From assembly GCA_034003955.1 (NCBI GenBank), contig JAVEXO010000004.1, positions 4,426 to 68,425 on the forward strand: a stretch of 64,000 nucleotides of DNA, given 5' to 3'. Every line of letters starts with the position of its first letter. The stretch's first letter is position 1. A model generated the notes under the pieces. The model saw nothing but the letters and a program-made list of their open reading frames with translations, was not told the DNA's origin and made no database searches. A program made the position numbers and the translations under genes. This document shows positions 17,901 to 28,129 of the stretch, piece by piece. The DNA comes from Spirochaetia bacterium. GTDB lineage: Bacteria; Spirochaetota; Spirochaetia; Treponematales; UBA12059.

Positions 17901-18325
17901 TGGCGTCGAGGAGAAAAGCCAGGATTTTGGCCTTCCAGGCCCTCTATGCCTGGGATGCCTCGTCGATGGGGTTTGAAGAACTTTTATCATTCTCCTGGCT
18001 CGGTAAAGACAGCGCGGCTAGGTCAGACGAGGAACTTAAGACCTTTGCGGGTCTCATAGTATCGGGAACAATAGAGAACATAGAAGCCGTAGACGGGGCT
18101 ATAAAGAGGCATCTTGAGCATTGGGCCTTTGAACGGCTCAAGAGGGTGGATCTAGCCATACTTCGTGTCTCCGCATACTCCCTCATGTTCCAGGATGACA
18201 TACCACCGCAGATCACCATAGACGAGGCCATAGAGATTGCCAAGGAATATGGCGCAGAGGATGCGTACCGATTCATAAACGGCGTGCTGGATGCCGTATG
18301 GAAAGAGATCAAGAGCGCCAATTGA
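17900..18325 (+). CDS. nusB: Transcription antitermination factor NusB
   Basis: 'ARILAFQALYAWD' and 'AILRVSAYSL...P..ITIDEAIEIAKEYG...FINGVLD' are typical of NusB. ATG overlaps the upstream stop (TAATG). Confidence 0.85.
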   Translation: MASRRKARILAFQALYAWDASSMGFEELLSFSWLGKDSAARSDEELKTFAGLIVSGTIENIEAVDGAIKRHLEHWAFERLKRVDLAILRVSAYSLMFQDDIPPQITIDEAIEIAKEYGAEDAYRFINGVLDAVWKEIKSAN

Positions 18326-19875
18326 GGCGACTGGCTGTCGCCCTGGCGATAGCCGGATCGCTGTCGCTTGGCGCCTGTCGTGGTTCCGAGCGATCCTTTG
18401 GGGCATTGCTAGCCAAGATCGATGCAAGCCCCGCCTCGGTCTCAACCGCTACCTTTTTAAATGCCGCCCGTCTCGCTGATGGTACAGCTGAAAGGCTCAG
18501 GCTACTCAAGAGAGCCCATCAACGTGGAGGCTCCCTCTATTCTGATACGGCGTCGGCGATCCTTGCCTCTGGCATGGTAACTGAACCGCTTGCTCTGGTC
18601 GCCTTCGACGCCTTCATGTCATCCGCTCTATACGACGAGGCACTTGCCTTGTTCGATGGGCCTCTGGATCCAGATACCAGAGCCGATTGCTATGCGGAAG
18701 CCTTGAGCATGGCTCTCGCTCGAGGCATGGCTTCCAAGCCTGGAGTCGAACGTTTTGTCGCCAGTAGCGACGCAACAGGCGACTCTCGCTTCCTTGTCTA
18801 TGCCGCGGTGGAAGCCATGCTCGACGGAGACCGCGAACGTGCCAGAACTCTCCTCATCGACTCGGAAGAGTCTGTATCATCTACTGGCTATGTTGCTCCA
18901 TACAGACTGCTGTGGGACGCAGGGGCCATTGATATATTGACTGCTCGAAGTGGCAGCCCCGATGATCCGCTACAGATTGCAGTGATAGCCGACGCCGAAT
19001 ACATGAGCGGCAACATTGCCGAGGCGAGTGCCTCCTACGCATATATCATTAGAAACTTCCCACGCTGGTCCTGGAAACCCTATGCGGCTCTGGCACGATT
19101 CGACCAGGATCTGCCTGATGCTCCACTGCTGGCATGGCCCAATGTACCGGATCCTGGTTCATACGCCGTGCAGTCTGGTTCTACATACATGAAGACGCGT
19201 CTATACGATAGCATGCGTATGGAATTCACTGATTCCGAGGGAGCCTCTCTTGAATACGCCAGGTGGTTGCATGCTAGTGGACGGATACCTGAGGCGCGCG
19301 ATGCCCTGGCGGCGCTCGATGGAGAGGCGGCACGCATTGCCCGCCTGGGTTACGAAGAGTCAGGGCGCGTCATAGTCGAATCAATGCGACTGATAGCCGA
19401 CTATCCTGGCTCGGCCGCTGCTTATGATGCCGCCTTGCTTGCCTTGGCCAGGATAGGATCGTGGAGTCGCTTTGAGGATCTGTATGAAAAGATGGAAGCC
19501 GCGGGCCTCGAAGGCGGGTTGTCATGGTTCTGGCGCTCTGTAAGCCTTGCATTATTGGGTGACGCGGCAGGGGCTGCCTCTGAGTTGAGGCGCATCGGAC
19601 CGGAAAGCGTAGGATACTCCGCTGTGTATGACCTTGGCGTGCTTGAACTAGCCGCCTCGCGTCCTCATGAGGCTGCCGAAGCCTTCATCATTGCAGCCGG
19701 GCGAGCCAGGCAGGCAAGCGATAAATCCAAGGCGTACATTATGGCCGGAGACGCCTGGCACCTCGTCAAGCGTTACGATCAGGCCAGGGCAGCCTATGAG
19801 GCGGCACTTGGAGCGGATATTGAGTCTCGCGAGGCTCGTTCAAGGCTTGAACGCCTAAGGATTCTTACCAGATAA
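18298..19875 (+). CDS. Putative lipoprotein with TPR-like helical repeats
   Basis: Signal peptide with a lipobox-like 'SLSLGAC'. The rest is Ala/Leu-rich helical repeats. Overlaps the nusB end by 28 nt. Confidence 0.55.
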   Translation: MERDQERQLRRLAVALAIAGSLSLGACRGSERSFGALLAKIDASPASVSTATFLNAARLADGTAERLRLLKRAHQRGGSLYSDTASAILASGMVTEPLALVAFDAFMSSALYDEALALFDGPLDPDTRADCYAEALSMALARGMASKPGVERFVASSDATGDSRFLVYAAVEAMLDGDRERARTLLIDSEESVSSTGYVAPYRLLWDAGAIDILTARSGSPDDPLQIAVIADAEYMSGNIAEASASYAYIIRNFPRWSWKPYAALARFDQDLPDAPLLAWPNVPDPGSYAVQSGSTYMKTRLYDSMRMEFTDSEGASLEYARWLHASGRIPEARDALAALDGEAARIARLGYEESGRVIVESMRLIADYPGSAAAYDAALLALARIGSWSRFEDLYEKMEAAGLEGGLSWFWRSVSLALLGDAAGAASELRRIGPESVGYSAVYDLGVLELAASRPHEAAEAFIIAAGRARQASDKSKAYIMAGDAWHLVKRYDQARAAYEAALGADIESREARSRLERLRILTR

Positions 19876-19930
19876 TACAAACTGTGAGTGGCTCGCGTGT
19901 TTAGTCGAACGAGCCCGGAAAGGCATAGTA

Positions 19931-20689
19931 GTGATTCGTTTAAAAAATGAGAAGCAGTTAGCCGGAGTTCGTTTTTCATGTCAATTGCTATCAAGGCTAT
20001 ACGCCGAGCTCAGGCCCCTGATTGTCCCCGGGCTTGCAACGATAGAACTAGACCGTTTTGCAGAGCATTTTATAGTCAGTAATGGAGGTAGCCCGGCCTT
20101 CCTTCATTACGGCGACAGGTCAAACCCCTTTCCTGCCTCCTTGTGTATCTCTATTAACGAAGAGGTGATACACGGCATACCGGGAAAACGCAAGATACTG
20201 CCAGGAGATATAGTCGGCATCGATTGTGGCATAGAGCTAGGCGGATTCTATAGCGACGCCGCCTTTAGTGTGGCTGTTCCTCCCGTGGCCCCTGAGACCG
20301 ATCGGCTCGTGAGGGTAACAAGGGAATGCCTCGAGCTGGCCATAGCAGCCGTTAAGCCTGGCGCGCGCATCCATGAGGTTTCTCGTGCCGTTTTCTCTCA
20401 TGCAAGGGCCAATGGCTTCGGTGTAGTAAGACAGTATTGCGGTCATGGCGTAGGCTTTTCCCAGCATGAGGATCCACAGGTTCCAAACTATGTAGGCTCT
20501 GGACCCAATCCCAGGATGGTTCCAGGAATGGTCATTGCGATAGAGCCTATGATAAACATCGGGGGCGATGGGGTAGGCGAGCTCGACGATGGCTGGACCG
20601 TTGTCACGCTTGATGGCTCAAGGTCGGCGCATTTTGAACACACGGTTGCCATCACAGAAAGCGGTGCAGAGGTTCTTACCGCCTGGTGA
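19931..20689 (+). CDS. map: Type I methionine aminopeptidase
   Basis: 'GDIVGIDCG', 'CGHGVG' and 'VIAIEPM...EHTV' are metal-ligand motifs. GTG start. Confidence 0.9.
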   Translation: MIRLKNEKQLAGVRFSCQLLSRLYAELRPLIVPGLATIELDRFAEHFIVSNGGSPAFLHYGDRSNPFPASLCISINEEVIHGIPGKRKILPGDIVGIDCGIELGGFYSDAAFSVAVPPVAPETDRLVRVTRECLELAIAAVKPGARIHEVSRAVFSHARANGFGVVRQYCGHGVGFSQHEDPQVPNYVGSGPNPRMVPGMVIAIEPMINIGGDGVGELDDGWTVVTLDGSRSAHFEHTVAITESGAEVLTAW

Positions 20690-20846
20690 CGGTTTTTTTA
20701 TCTTAAAAACGAGTAACCGGCAACGCTCAACATAGTTATATTCATATACACAATATTCAAAGGCACGAAGGCCTTGATTACTGTCGTATTATGAGATCGA
20801 CGAGTGTCGATACAAATTTTTTAGTACTCCTTTGGAGGTATTCTCG

Positions 20847-22358
20847 ATGTCGTTCACCAAAAAAATGTTCTCCAAGAAATTCTTTCTGGTCAATCTTGTA
20901 CTAGTAGGAATAATGATAGGCTTCATAGCCGCCTTTGCCATTCTGGCCAAGGCTCCTGGCTCAGATGGTTCGGCAATAGCACATGCCGAGTCGGCACCTA
21001 GTCTGCCAGTCGATGCAAGCGCCTCTGTACAGCAGGCAAAGGCCATTCAGTCGGCGTTTAACGCAGTTTCAAAGACCGTTCTCCCTTCTGTCGTAGAACT
21101 CGATGTGATAGGTACATCTACCAGTCCTCAAGCCGACTCCTCTCCGTGGAGATTCTTCTTTGGAGACCCGGAGCAGGCACCCGATGAAAAGGCTCCACCG
21201 AATGAATACGAGGAGCATGGACTCGGTTCTGGAATCATTGTGCGTAAGGACGGCAAGAAGGTCTATGTCCTTACTAATAACCACGTCGTCGCAGGAGCCA
21301 AAGAAATAGTAGTAAAGCTCTATGATGAGCGGGAATTCAAAGGTACTACAGTGGGTACCGATTCCAGGCGTGACCTGGCACTCGTATCCTTTGAGGCCAG
21401 TTCTGGTGACATACAGCCAGCCAGGCTTGGTGACTCGAGTGCCTTGGAGGTAGGCGATTGGGCAATAGCCATAGGTAGCCCCTACGGCCTCTTTTCATCG
21501 GTAACCGTTGGTATAATCAGCGCCATAGGAAGAAACGGTGGCCCGGAAGGAAACATCAGCGACTTCATACAGACTGATGCTGCCATAAACCGTGGTAATT
21601 CGGGTGGAGCGCTTGTCAACATCGATGGCGAGGTCATAGGAATAAATACCTGGATAGCCTCTACCACAGGTGGTAGCATAGGTCTGGGATTCTCCATACC
21701 CATAAACAATGCGGTACGCGTAATAGATGAAATAATAAGTAAGGGCGTGGTCAAGTATGGCTGGTTAGGCGTGCTCCTATCAGATGTTCCAAAGGCTACC
21801 CTTGGGCAACTGGGTCTTGGAGATACCCATGGTGCCTTCATCGGTCATGTCTTTGCGGATGGCCCGGCCGCCAAGGGGGGCATTCTTCCTGGTGACTATG
21901 TCTTGGCCATCGATGGCAAGAATATTGCATCAATAGACCAGCTTGTCCGTATCGTTGGAGACTTGTCTGTTGGTTCAAAGTCCAGCTTCAGGGTCATGCG
22001 CAATGGCAAGATGGTAACTCTCAAGGTGACCATAGACGAGAGGAAGGAAAGTAGTGCGGCCGACTATTCAAAGTTGTGGCCAGGACTTGAAGTATCGTCT
22101 ATAGCAGATGCAGACATAGACAGCAAGAATTTGCCCAAGGGAACAAAAGGCGTCATTGTTACAAGCGTCATAGCCAAGAGTCCTGCCGCCACGCTTGGTG
22201 TAAAGAGGGGCGATATACTAAGCGCCATCAATGAAGAGGTCATAGACGGTCCTGCCGCCTTCTATAAGGCCTTGAATAATGAAAAGACTCGCTCGTTCCA
22301 GTTCACACTGTTGCGTGATGGCCAGAGCCTGACGACGCTTGCACTCGTACGCAAGTAG
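20847..22358 (+). CDS. htrA: HtrA/DegP-family periplasmic serine protease with two PDZ domains
   Basis: Catalytic triad contexts 'TNNHVV', 'DLALV' and 'GNSGGAL'. Two PDZ-like segments. GGAGG at 20834-20838 precedes the ATG at 20847. Confidence 0.9.
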   Translation: MSFTKKMFSKKFFLVNLVLVGIMIGFIAAFAILAKAPGSDGSAIAHAESAPSLPVDASASVQQAKAIQSAFNAVSKTVLPSVVELDVIGTSTSPQADSSPWRFFFGDPEQAPDEKAPPNEYEEHGLGSGIIVRKDGKKVYVLTNNHVVAGAKEIVVKLYDEREFKGTTVGTDSRRDLALVSFEASSGDIQPARLGDSSALEVGDWAIAIGSPYGLFSSVTVGIISAIGRNGGPEGNISDFIQTDAAINRGNSGGALVNIDGEVIGINTWIASTTGGSIGLGFSIPINNAVRVIDEIISKGVVKYGWLGVLLSDVPKATLGQLGLGDTHGAFIGHVFADGPAAKGGILPGDYVLAIDGKNIASIDQLVRIVGDLSVGSKSSFRVMRNGKMVTLKVTIDERKESSAADYSKLWPGLEVSSIADADIDSKNLPKGTKGVIVTSVIAKSPAATLGVKRGDILSAINEEVIDGPAAFYKALNNEKTRSFQFTLLRDGQSLTTLALVRK

Positions 22359-22388
22359 TGCTAGAGTCAAGTGCAAAGCGAGGGTGTT

Positions 22389-22997
22389 ATGGGCAAAGAA
22401 TTCATATCGTACAACCAGGTTAGAAATAACGCCCTCAAGCTAGCGCACCGTATACATCTTGACGGTTTTATGCCGGATATTATCTATGTTTCATTGCGTG
22501 GTGGCGCATACCTCGGCAATGTCATGTCGGAGTACTTCAAGGCTGTAAGGTCTGATGCACGACCCGTATTCTACGCGGCAGTCGTGGCTAGATCCTATAG
22601 CGATGTGCAGAAGCAGGAACGGGTTCGTGTCGATGGCTGGACGTATAGCCCAGAGTACCTGCGCAATGGCGACAAGGTCCTTTTAGTCGATGATATCTAT
22701 GATACGGGAAGAACCATCCATCATCTTGCCAGCATCATTCTTGAAAAAGGCGTTCCGCGCCGAGACCTCAAGATTGCTGTGCACGACTATAAGGTAGTCA
22801 GTTATCGTGGCGAGCAGCCAGCCATCAAGCCTGATTACTGGTGTCGCCGTCACGATATAAAGACACCGGAAGATGAAACCTGGATACACTACATGAGCCA
22901 CGAGATTGTTGGTCTGACAGAAGAGGAGATACGGGAGCATTATTATCCCGAGGATCCTGAGTTGCAGGACATTCTCCTGGTACTCAAGGGCCGATGA
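22389..22997 (+). CDS. Phosphoribosyltransferase-domain protein (purine salvage-like)
   Basis: PRPP-binding loop 'VLLVDDIYDTGRT'. GAGGG precedes the ATG at 22389 (the ORF-track GTG is at 22371). The stop overlaps the next gene's ATG (ATGA at 22994-22997). Confidence 0.7.
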   Translation: MGKEFISYNQVRNNALKLAHRIHLDGFMPDIIYVSLRGGAYLGNVMSEYFKAVRSDARPVFYAAVVARSYSDVQKQERVRVDGWTYSPEYLRNGDKVLLVDDIYDTGRTIHHLASIILEKGVPRRDLKIAVHDYKVVSYRGEQPAIKPDYWCRRHDIKTPEDETWIHYMSHEIVGLTEEEIREHYYPEDPELQDILLVLKGR

Positions 22998-25900
22998 GCG
23001 GCTTGCGAACAGTACTAACATGCGCGACCGCCTTGATGGTGGTCGCGCTTTGTCATGCGCAGCCTGATCCCCGGGCTGAACCATTTCAAGGGGTACTCGG
23101 GCCTGTGGAAGGGGTCTATGGCATGGCCCAGGTTCTGTTGCCGGCTACTCTGGCAGCAGGCCCCGCTACACAGTTTAGATTCAAGGGCCAGGATTCATGG
23201 TTCCCATTCGATCGCCCCCTGTATCTGGGGGCGTTTCCGGGTGAGGAGCGTACCTATGCCATTGAGTTTAAGGCGGCAGACGGCACACGCCAGGCAATAC
23301 TGACATACACCATAGACAGGCGTCCCCCCGAGGCGCCTCAATTTACACAGGCTTCCGGCGATGTCGGTAGCTCTTTCAATCTTGGTGTTAAAGGGGAAGG
23401 ACAAATTTTCCTGAGTCTTGACGGTTCACCCTTTGAGCTCTTCACAGACGCTCAGTCATCATCATTTGCCGCCTTGCCCGATGCAACGCGTCTGGTCAGG
23501 GCGGTAGCCTATTGTGTCGATCCAAGAGGGAATGCCTCAAGAACTGTGTCGGGCCAGTGGCGCCTGCATCCTGAAGACATACAGCCATCATTTTCCCTGC
23601 CAGGCGAAGTGCAAGCCCTAGGCATAAGAGTGCTTGAAGATGGTTCAGACATACGCATTGAGCAGCGTACATTGCTCGATTCTTCCAGGCTTACTTTGAG
23701 TGTCCCTCTCGGCGCCACTCCATGCATAGCCGTCAATGCCTCCAAGCCTTTTTCCTCTATGGCTTCGTATGCACAGTTGGCAGAAGACAAGGCAAGCGCT
23801 TCCTGTATCATTCCCTTTCCCTGGGGCTACGAACAGGAGCTTTCAGTACAGTACGGTTATGCCAAAGACGGCATGCTATTCGTCGCTCCTGAGCCTCTGA
23901 AGATTAATCCCGTGTTTCCTATAGAGGAAGGGTCTGCGGCTCCTGCTACGGCCCTTGCCCCAAACGTAAGACTTGATGATACCAGCGCCTATATAGACTG
24001 GCCCGCAAGCCCTTGGAGAATGCTGTTTGATTCTGGAGACGGTATTTTTACCATCGTCTCCAGGCCGCTTGTATTCAGGCTTGGTACTGAGCCCATGACG
24101 ATTCGATATGCCAGCCAGGGACTCAATGGGTCAAGATCGCTCGTTGCAAGCCTTACCCTGCCTGCCAGGCGCATCATGGCAGAGCCAGCCCTGAGCGGCG
24201 TAGAAGATGGTGGCCGTTATGGCTCTAGCGTAACGGTGTTCGCTCTGGCCCAGGCGCACGACAAGGCGGCATTGCTCTATGAGTTTACAGAAGGGGACGG
24301 AGCCCCTCCCACCATTCATAGAGGCAGTCTCCGTATTGGACAAGAAGGACTGCGCTTCGATGGCAGGGACGGGGAGACTATCAGGTATCGCCTGCGCGTC
24401 GTCGCGGTAAACGCGAGCTCCATGGGAGACGTTGGCGACGAAGGGTATAGAGAGCGCTTTTATAGCTTTACGATAGACAGGCAGGCACCAGATGTGCCAC
24501 AGACAGGATCCGGTGTTGCTGGCTATTCGTCATCCGATGCCCTTATTAGCTTTAAACCCCAGGATGGCAGTGTCTTTGTGTCTGTTTCTGAGACAGCTGA
24601 GGGTGAGTTTGTTCGATATGATGGTCCTATAAGCGTCGGAGGCTCGAAGGAAGGTAGAAAACGCTATACCATCAGGGCCTATGCCGAGGACGAGTTTGGC
24701 AATCGCTCGGCCCAAATGCAGCCAGTAAGCATTTTGGTAGATATTTCATCGATGTATGTCGATGCCAGCGGCCGCGTGGGAGCCGTCGGCGGGCCCGACG
24801 ATCCTATGCCGTATCTTGATGACGCCATCGAAGCGGCGCAGGCAACAGGAAAGCGCTTCATCTATGTTCGCGGTATGGTGAGGCTCAGAAGAGCCGTGAC
24901 GGTATACGGCAGCCTTACGGTAACAGGTGGATTCGATGATGCATGGAATGAATCCCCCACAGGCAGCAGCCACATATATGTTGAGCAATTACCTTCTGGT
25001 ACACCGTACGCCATCCGTGTGCATGACGGTACCTTGAATCTTTCATCAATGACGATAAGCATGATGGGGGATGGTTCTGGCGGGCTTATTGAGTCAGAGC
25101 AAGGAGAGCTTAGGCTCAATCGGATCACGATGCATCTTTCGGGTGGGATAGAGAAGACAGCCATAAAGGCTACAGGAGGCATGCTCAGTCTCTTGTCATC
25201 ATCGCTGGTGTTTTCTAAGACGCTTACCGGTCGAGGTATGGACGCCGCAGGTGCTTCTCTTGCGCTCGCAGACTCTACGCTTTCATGCGATGCTTCGGTA
25301 CGCCTCCTGGATGTCATCAGGTTAAGCGATGCCGATGCCAGGATCTCTGGTTTACGATTGGATGCTTCTCCGGCACAGGCATTGTCAATACTGAGTGCCA
25401 CGAGGGCCAGTCTGAGCATTGAGCGCAGCATTCTTTCTGTTAGAGGCGGTTCTTCTTCATGCAGGGTCTTCAGCGCCAGCGCATCTGATCTTTCTGTAGA
25501 CTCTGTCTATGTCGACGTGTCGTGGCAAGGATCCGTCGAGGTTTTCAATGCCAGCTCCGCCTCTGGCCTGCGTGTCGCCCATCTGAGTGCCTTTGTAGAG
25601 TCTCCTCGATCAGTATTTGTGGCGTCTTCTGGCTCCGGCATCGATATAGTCAATTCCATAGCCGTATTCATGGGTGGAGACGCACTCTTCATACGCAGCG
25701 ACACAGAGCTCAAGACGTCTTCCATAGCCTCCAACTGTCTGTGGGGTTTCTCGCGGCTGATGGAAGGGCGTGATACCCTAGGAGCCCTTTCAGAAAGCAC
25801 GCTTCAGAGACTCAACGATCTGGCAAGTGATGCGAGACCCAATATGACAGAAGCCCCCTCAAAGACATTCTATGCCTCTGCAAAGGGTCTTAGGCGCCTT

Positions 25901-26017
25901 TCGGAAGGCTCTGCCTGCGTGGATAGTGGCGTACCCGTTATTTGGGCTTCCAAGCTCGATCTGTTTGGAAAGACGCGGAGCAAGGACTCACCCGATATTG
26001 GTGCCGAGGAACACTAG
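22994..26017 (+). CDS. Large secreted protein: N-terminal Ig/FN3-like modules plus a C-terminal right-handed parallel beta-helix
   Basis: Signal peptide 'VLTCATALMVVALCHAQ'. Repeated module boundaries 'TYTIDRRPPEAPQ' and 'FTIDRQAPDVPQ'. The C-terminal half is Ser/Gly/Leu-rich short repeats typical of beta-helix coils. Terminal '...DIGAEE' resembles the DIGAYE ending of pectate-lyase-fold proteins. Confidence 0.65.
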   Translation: MSGLRTVLTCATALMVVALCHAQPDPRAEPFQGVLGPVEGVYGMAQVLLPATLAAGPATQFRFKGQDSWFPFDRPLYLGAFPGEERTYAIEFKAADGTRQAILTYTIDRRPPEAPQFTQASGDVGSSFNLGVKGEGQIFLSLDGSPFELFTDAQSSSFAALPDATRLVRAVAYCVDPRGNASRTVSGQWRLHPEDIQPSFSLPGEVQALGIRVLEDGSDIRIEQRTLLDSSRLTLSVPLGATPCIAVNASKPFSSMASYAQLAEDKASASCIIPFPWGYEQELSVQYGYAKDGMLFVAPEPLKINPVFPIEEGSAAPATALAPNVRLDDTSAYIDWPASPWRMLFDSGDGIFTIVSRPLVFRLGTEPMTIRYASQGLNGSRSLVASLTLPARRIMAEPALSGVEDGGRYGSSVTVFALAQAHDKAALLYEFTEGDGAPPTIHRGSLRIGQEGLRFDGRDGETIRYRLRVVAVNASSMGDVGDEGYRERFYSFTIDRQAPDVPQTGSGVAGYSSSDALISFKPQDGSVFVSVSETAEGEFVRYDGPISVGGSKEGRKRYTIRAYAEDEFGNRSAQMQPVSILVDISSMYVDASGRVGAVGGPDDPMPYLDDAIEAAQATGKRFIYVRGMVRLRRAVTVYGSLTVTGGFDDAWNESPTGSSHIYVEQLPSGTPYAIRVHDGTLNLSSMTISMMGDGSGGLIESEQGELRLNRITMHLSGGIEKTAIKATGGMLSLLSSSLVFSKTLTGRGMDAAGASLALADSTLSCDASVRLLDVIRLSDADARISGLRLDASPAQALSILSATRASLSIERSILSVRGGSSSCRVFSASASDLSVDSVYVDVSWQGSVEVFNASSASGLRVAHLSAFVESPRSVFVASSGSGIDIVNSIAVFMGGDALFIRSDTELKTSSIASNCLWGFSRLMEGRDTLGALSESTLQRLNDLASDARPNMTEAPSKTFYASAKGLRRLSEGSACVDSGVPVIWASKLDLFGKTRSKDSPDIGAEEH

Positions 26018-26021
26018 GCCA

Positions 26022-26708
26022 TCAACGCTCTTCTGACTCGGCGTAGGCTCGCAAGAGCCTTGCGGGGGCTGCGGCCAGGAATTCCGAGTCTACAACATGG
26101 CCGCCACATGTTCCTCTAGACGCATACAGTGACGCCTCGTGTTCATCGATGCTGTAGTCGGCCTGGGCGTCCTCTACGTGGACGACTAAGAAGCCACGTT
26201 CAGAGGCATCCCGAGCCGTTGTGTCTACGCATTGACTGGTCGCGAGCCCAGTCATCACGACAGCGCCTATGCCGCGGGCACGCAGTTCCCTTTCAAGATC
26301 GGGTTTAGAGAATGCCGAGTAGCTGGACTTGTCTATTATTATATCAGATGCACATGGCGCTATTTCAGGCGCAACATCCGACCATGGGTCGTTTGCCAGT
26401 GGATATACGTCCTCAAACCCAGCCTTCTGGGCGCTCATCCAGAACGACTTGAAGAATCTGTGCAGATCGGTCCTGTCTAGAGAGTGGGCACAGAGGCGCA
26501 CATAGACTGTGGGCCATCCAATGGTCGTGAAGGCCGACTTGAGCCTCGAGATGGCCGGAAACACCGAGGATCGTACACGTGCCCCTATATATGACATGCT
26601 ACCAGGCCAGCATAGTTCTGAGTAGGCATAGAAGGGTGACTCTGCTTCCAGATAGTATCGTTGCACATCCACTATGAGCAGAGCCGCCGAAATACTCGTT
26701 TGCATCAC
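26022..26708 (-). CDS. Isochorismatase-family cysteine hydrolase
   Basis: 'ALLIVDVQRYY' (catalytic Asp) and 'VMTGLATSQCVDTTARDA' (catalytic Cys context). Confidence 0.75.
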   Translation of the reverse strand: MMQTSISAALLIVDVQRYYLEAESPFYAYSELCWPGSMSYIGARVRSSVFPAISRLKSAFTTIGWPTVYVRLCAHSLDRTDLHRFFKSFWMSAQKAGFEDVYPLANDPWSDVAPEIAPCASDIIIDKSSYSAFSKPDLERELRARGIGAVVMTGLATSQCVDTTARDASERGFLVVHVEDAQADYSIDEHEASLYASRGTCGGHVVDSEFLAAAPARLLRAYAESEER

Positions 26709-26742
26709 AAGACCCTCCTGGACGCACAGTCGGCAGACAATG

Positions 26743-28014
26743 CTAGATGATGGTGCCTTCTTCTATGATACCGTTCTTGGGAACTACAATAATACCGTCA
26801 ACGAAGTAGTATGAACCAAACTCACCATCGCATCTCTCACTGGCGACGACGCCGAAACTACAGAAGGCGCCAACTCTTGCGTTCTTGTCTATTATTGCCC
26901 GTTTTATTATTGAACCCTGGCCTATACCAATATTTGGTATGTGTTTCTTTACGTTTTCAGCCTTCTGCTCATCTGTCTCGTAGTAATCCGCTCCCATGCA
27001 CACGACACCGTCGAAACTGGCTCCAGTCTCTATGATGGTGCGAATACCTACTATAGAGTTAGAAATTGATGCATTTGTGATGATGCATCCGTCTGAGGTC
27101 AAGGCCTGGTTGAGGGTGCTATAGTTAATCTTGGAGGCTGGAAGATTGCGCCTATGCGTATAGATGGGCCTGATTTCGTCGTAAAAATTGAATTCCGGGG
27201 CGATGGAAGTGAGGTTGAGGTTGGCCTCGTAGAAGCTCCGTATCGTGCCTATGTCTTCCCAATATCCATCGAATATATAGGCGTTTATTGGGTTGGTGGA
27301 TAGTACCGTAGGTATGACTTCCTTGCCAAAATCGTTTAAGTCATTATCAAGGCACTTCTCCATGAGGGAGGCATTGAATATATAGATGCCCATGGAGGCG
27401 AGGTACTCCTTGGAGCCTCGTCTCTCCTTAAGGAGATCTTTGGGCACCTTGAAGTCTGATATATCCTTGACCTTCCCAGGCTTCTCCTGGAATTCGACTA
27501 TACGGCTCGACGCATCGACCTTCATGATGCCAAAGTCGCTGGCATCCTCGCGGTTTACCGTGGTGCAGGATATTGACAGCTCGCAGCCCGACTCCACGTG
27601 TTGCTTGAACATGTCGTCAAGATCCATTCTGTAGAGCTGGTCACCGGAGACTATGAGGTAGTGGGTGGGATTCTGTGTCCTGAAGTGGACAAGATTCTTC
27701 CTGACCGCGTCTGCTGTGCCTTCATACCAGCCAGAATGAGTCAGAGTCTGCTCGGCCGCGAGCACCTCGGCAAAACCGTCGGAGAATATATCGAATATGT
27801 ATGTCTTGGCAATGTGGAGATGAAGCGAGGCGGAATTGAACTGTGTCAGTATGTAAATCTGCTTGAAACCTGCATTGATACAATTAGAAATGGGTATGTC
27901 TACTATACGGTAGCGCCCACCGAACGGAACGGCTGGCTTGGCCCTATCCATGGTAAGGGGAAATAATCGTGTTCCCTTACCGCCTCCAAGGACAATAGCC
28001 AGAACCTTATTCAT
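26743..28014 (-). CDS. glgC: Glucose-1-phosphate adenylyltransferase
   Basis: 'AIVLGGGKGTRLFPLTMDRAKPAVPFGGRYRIVDIPISNC' with a left-handed beta-helix C-terminus. The ATG at 28014 is preceded by GGAGG (the alternative ATG at 28026 lies inside that SD). Confidence 0.9.
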   Translation of the reverse strand: MNKVLAIVLGGGKGTRLFPLTMDRAKPAVPFGGRYRIVDIPISNCINAGFKQIYILTQFNSASLHLHIAKTYIFDIFSDGFAEVLAAEQTLTHSGWYEGTADAVRKNLVHFRTQNPTHYLIVSGDQLYRMDLDDMFKQHVESGCELSISCTTVNREDASDFGIMKVDASSRIVEFQEKPGKVKDISDFKVPKDLLKERRGSKEYLASMGIYIFNASLMEKCLDNDLNDFGKEVIPTVLSTNPINAYIFDGYWEDIGTIRSFYEANLNLTSIAPEFNFYDEIRPIYTHRRNLPASKINYSTLNQALTSDGCIITNASISNSIVGIRTIIETGASFDGVVCMGADYYETDEQKAENVKKHIPNIGIGQGSIIKRAIIDKNARVGAFCSFGVVASERCDGEFGSYYFVDGIIVVPKNGIIEEGTII

Positions 28015-28129
28015 ATATACCTCCATTTTGTGTGCGCATACATGCCTACTATAGCACGTATAAACTGAGCTCGGTTATTAAAACTACTGACATCTTTGGT
28101 CTGGTTCTGAGATTTACCAATCTTCTTCT

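Noticed and set aside
24862-25431. 189-aa minus-strand ORF inside the beta-helix gene, and several 60-100-aa ORFs on both strands there
   Set aside because: The 1007-aa plus-strand frame is continuous, with a signal peptide and repeat architecture. The alternative frames are low-complexity and lack start signals.
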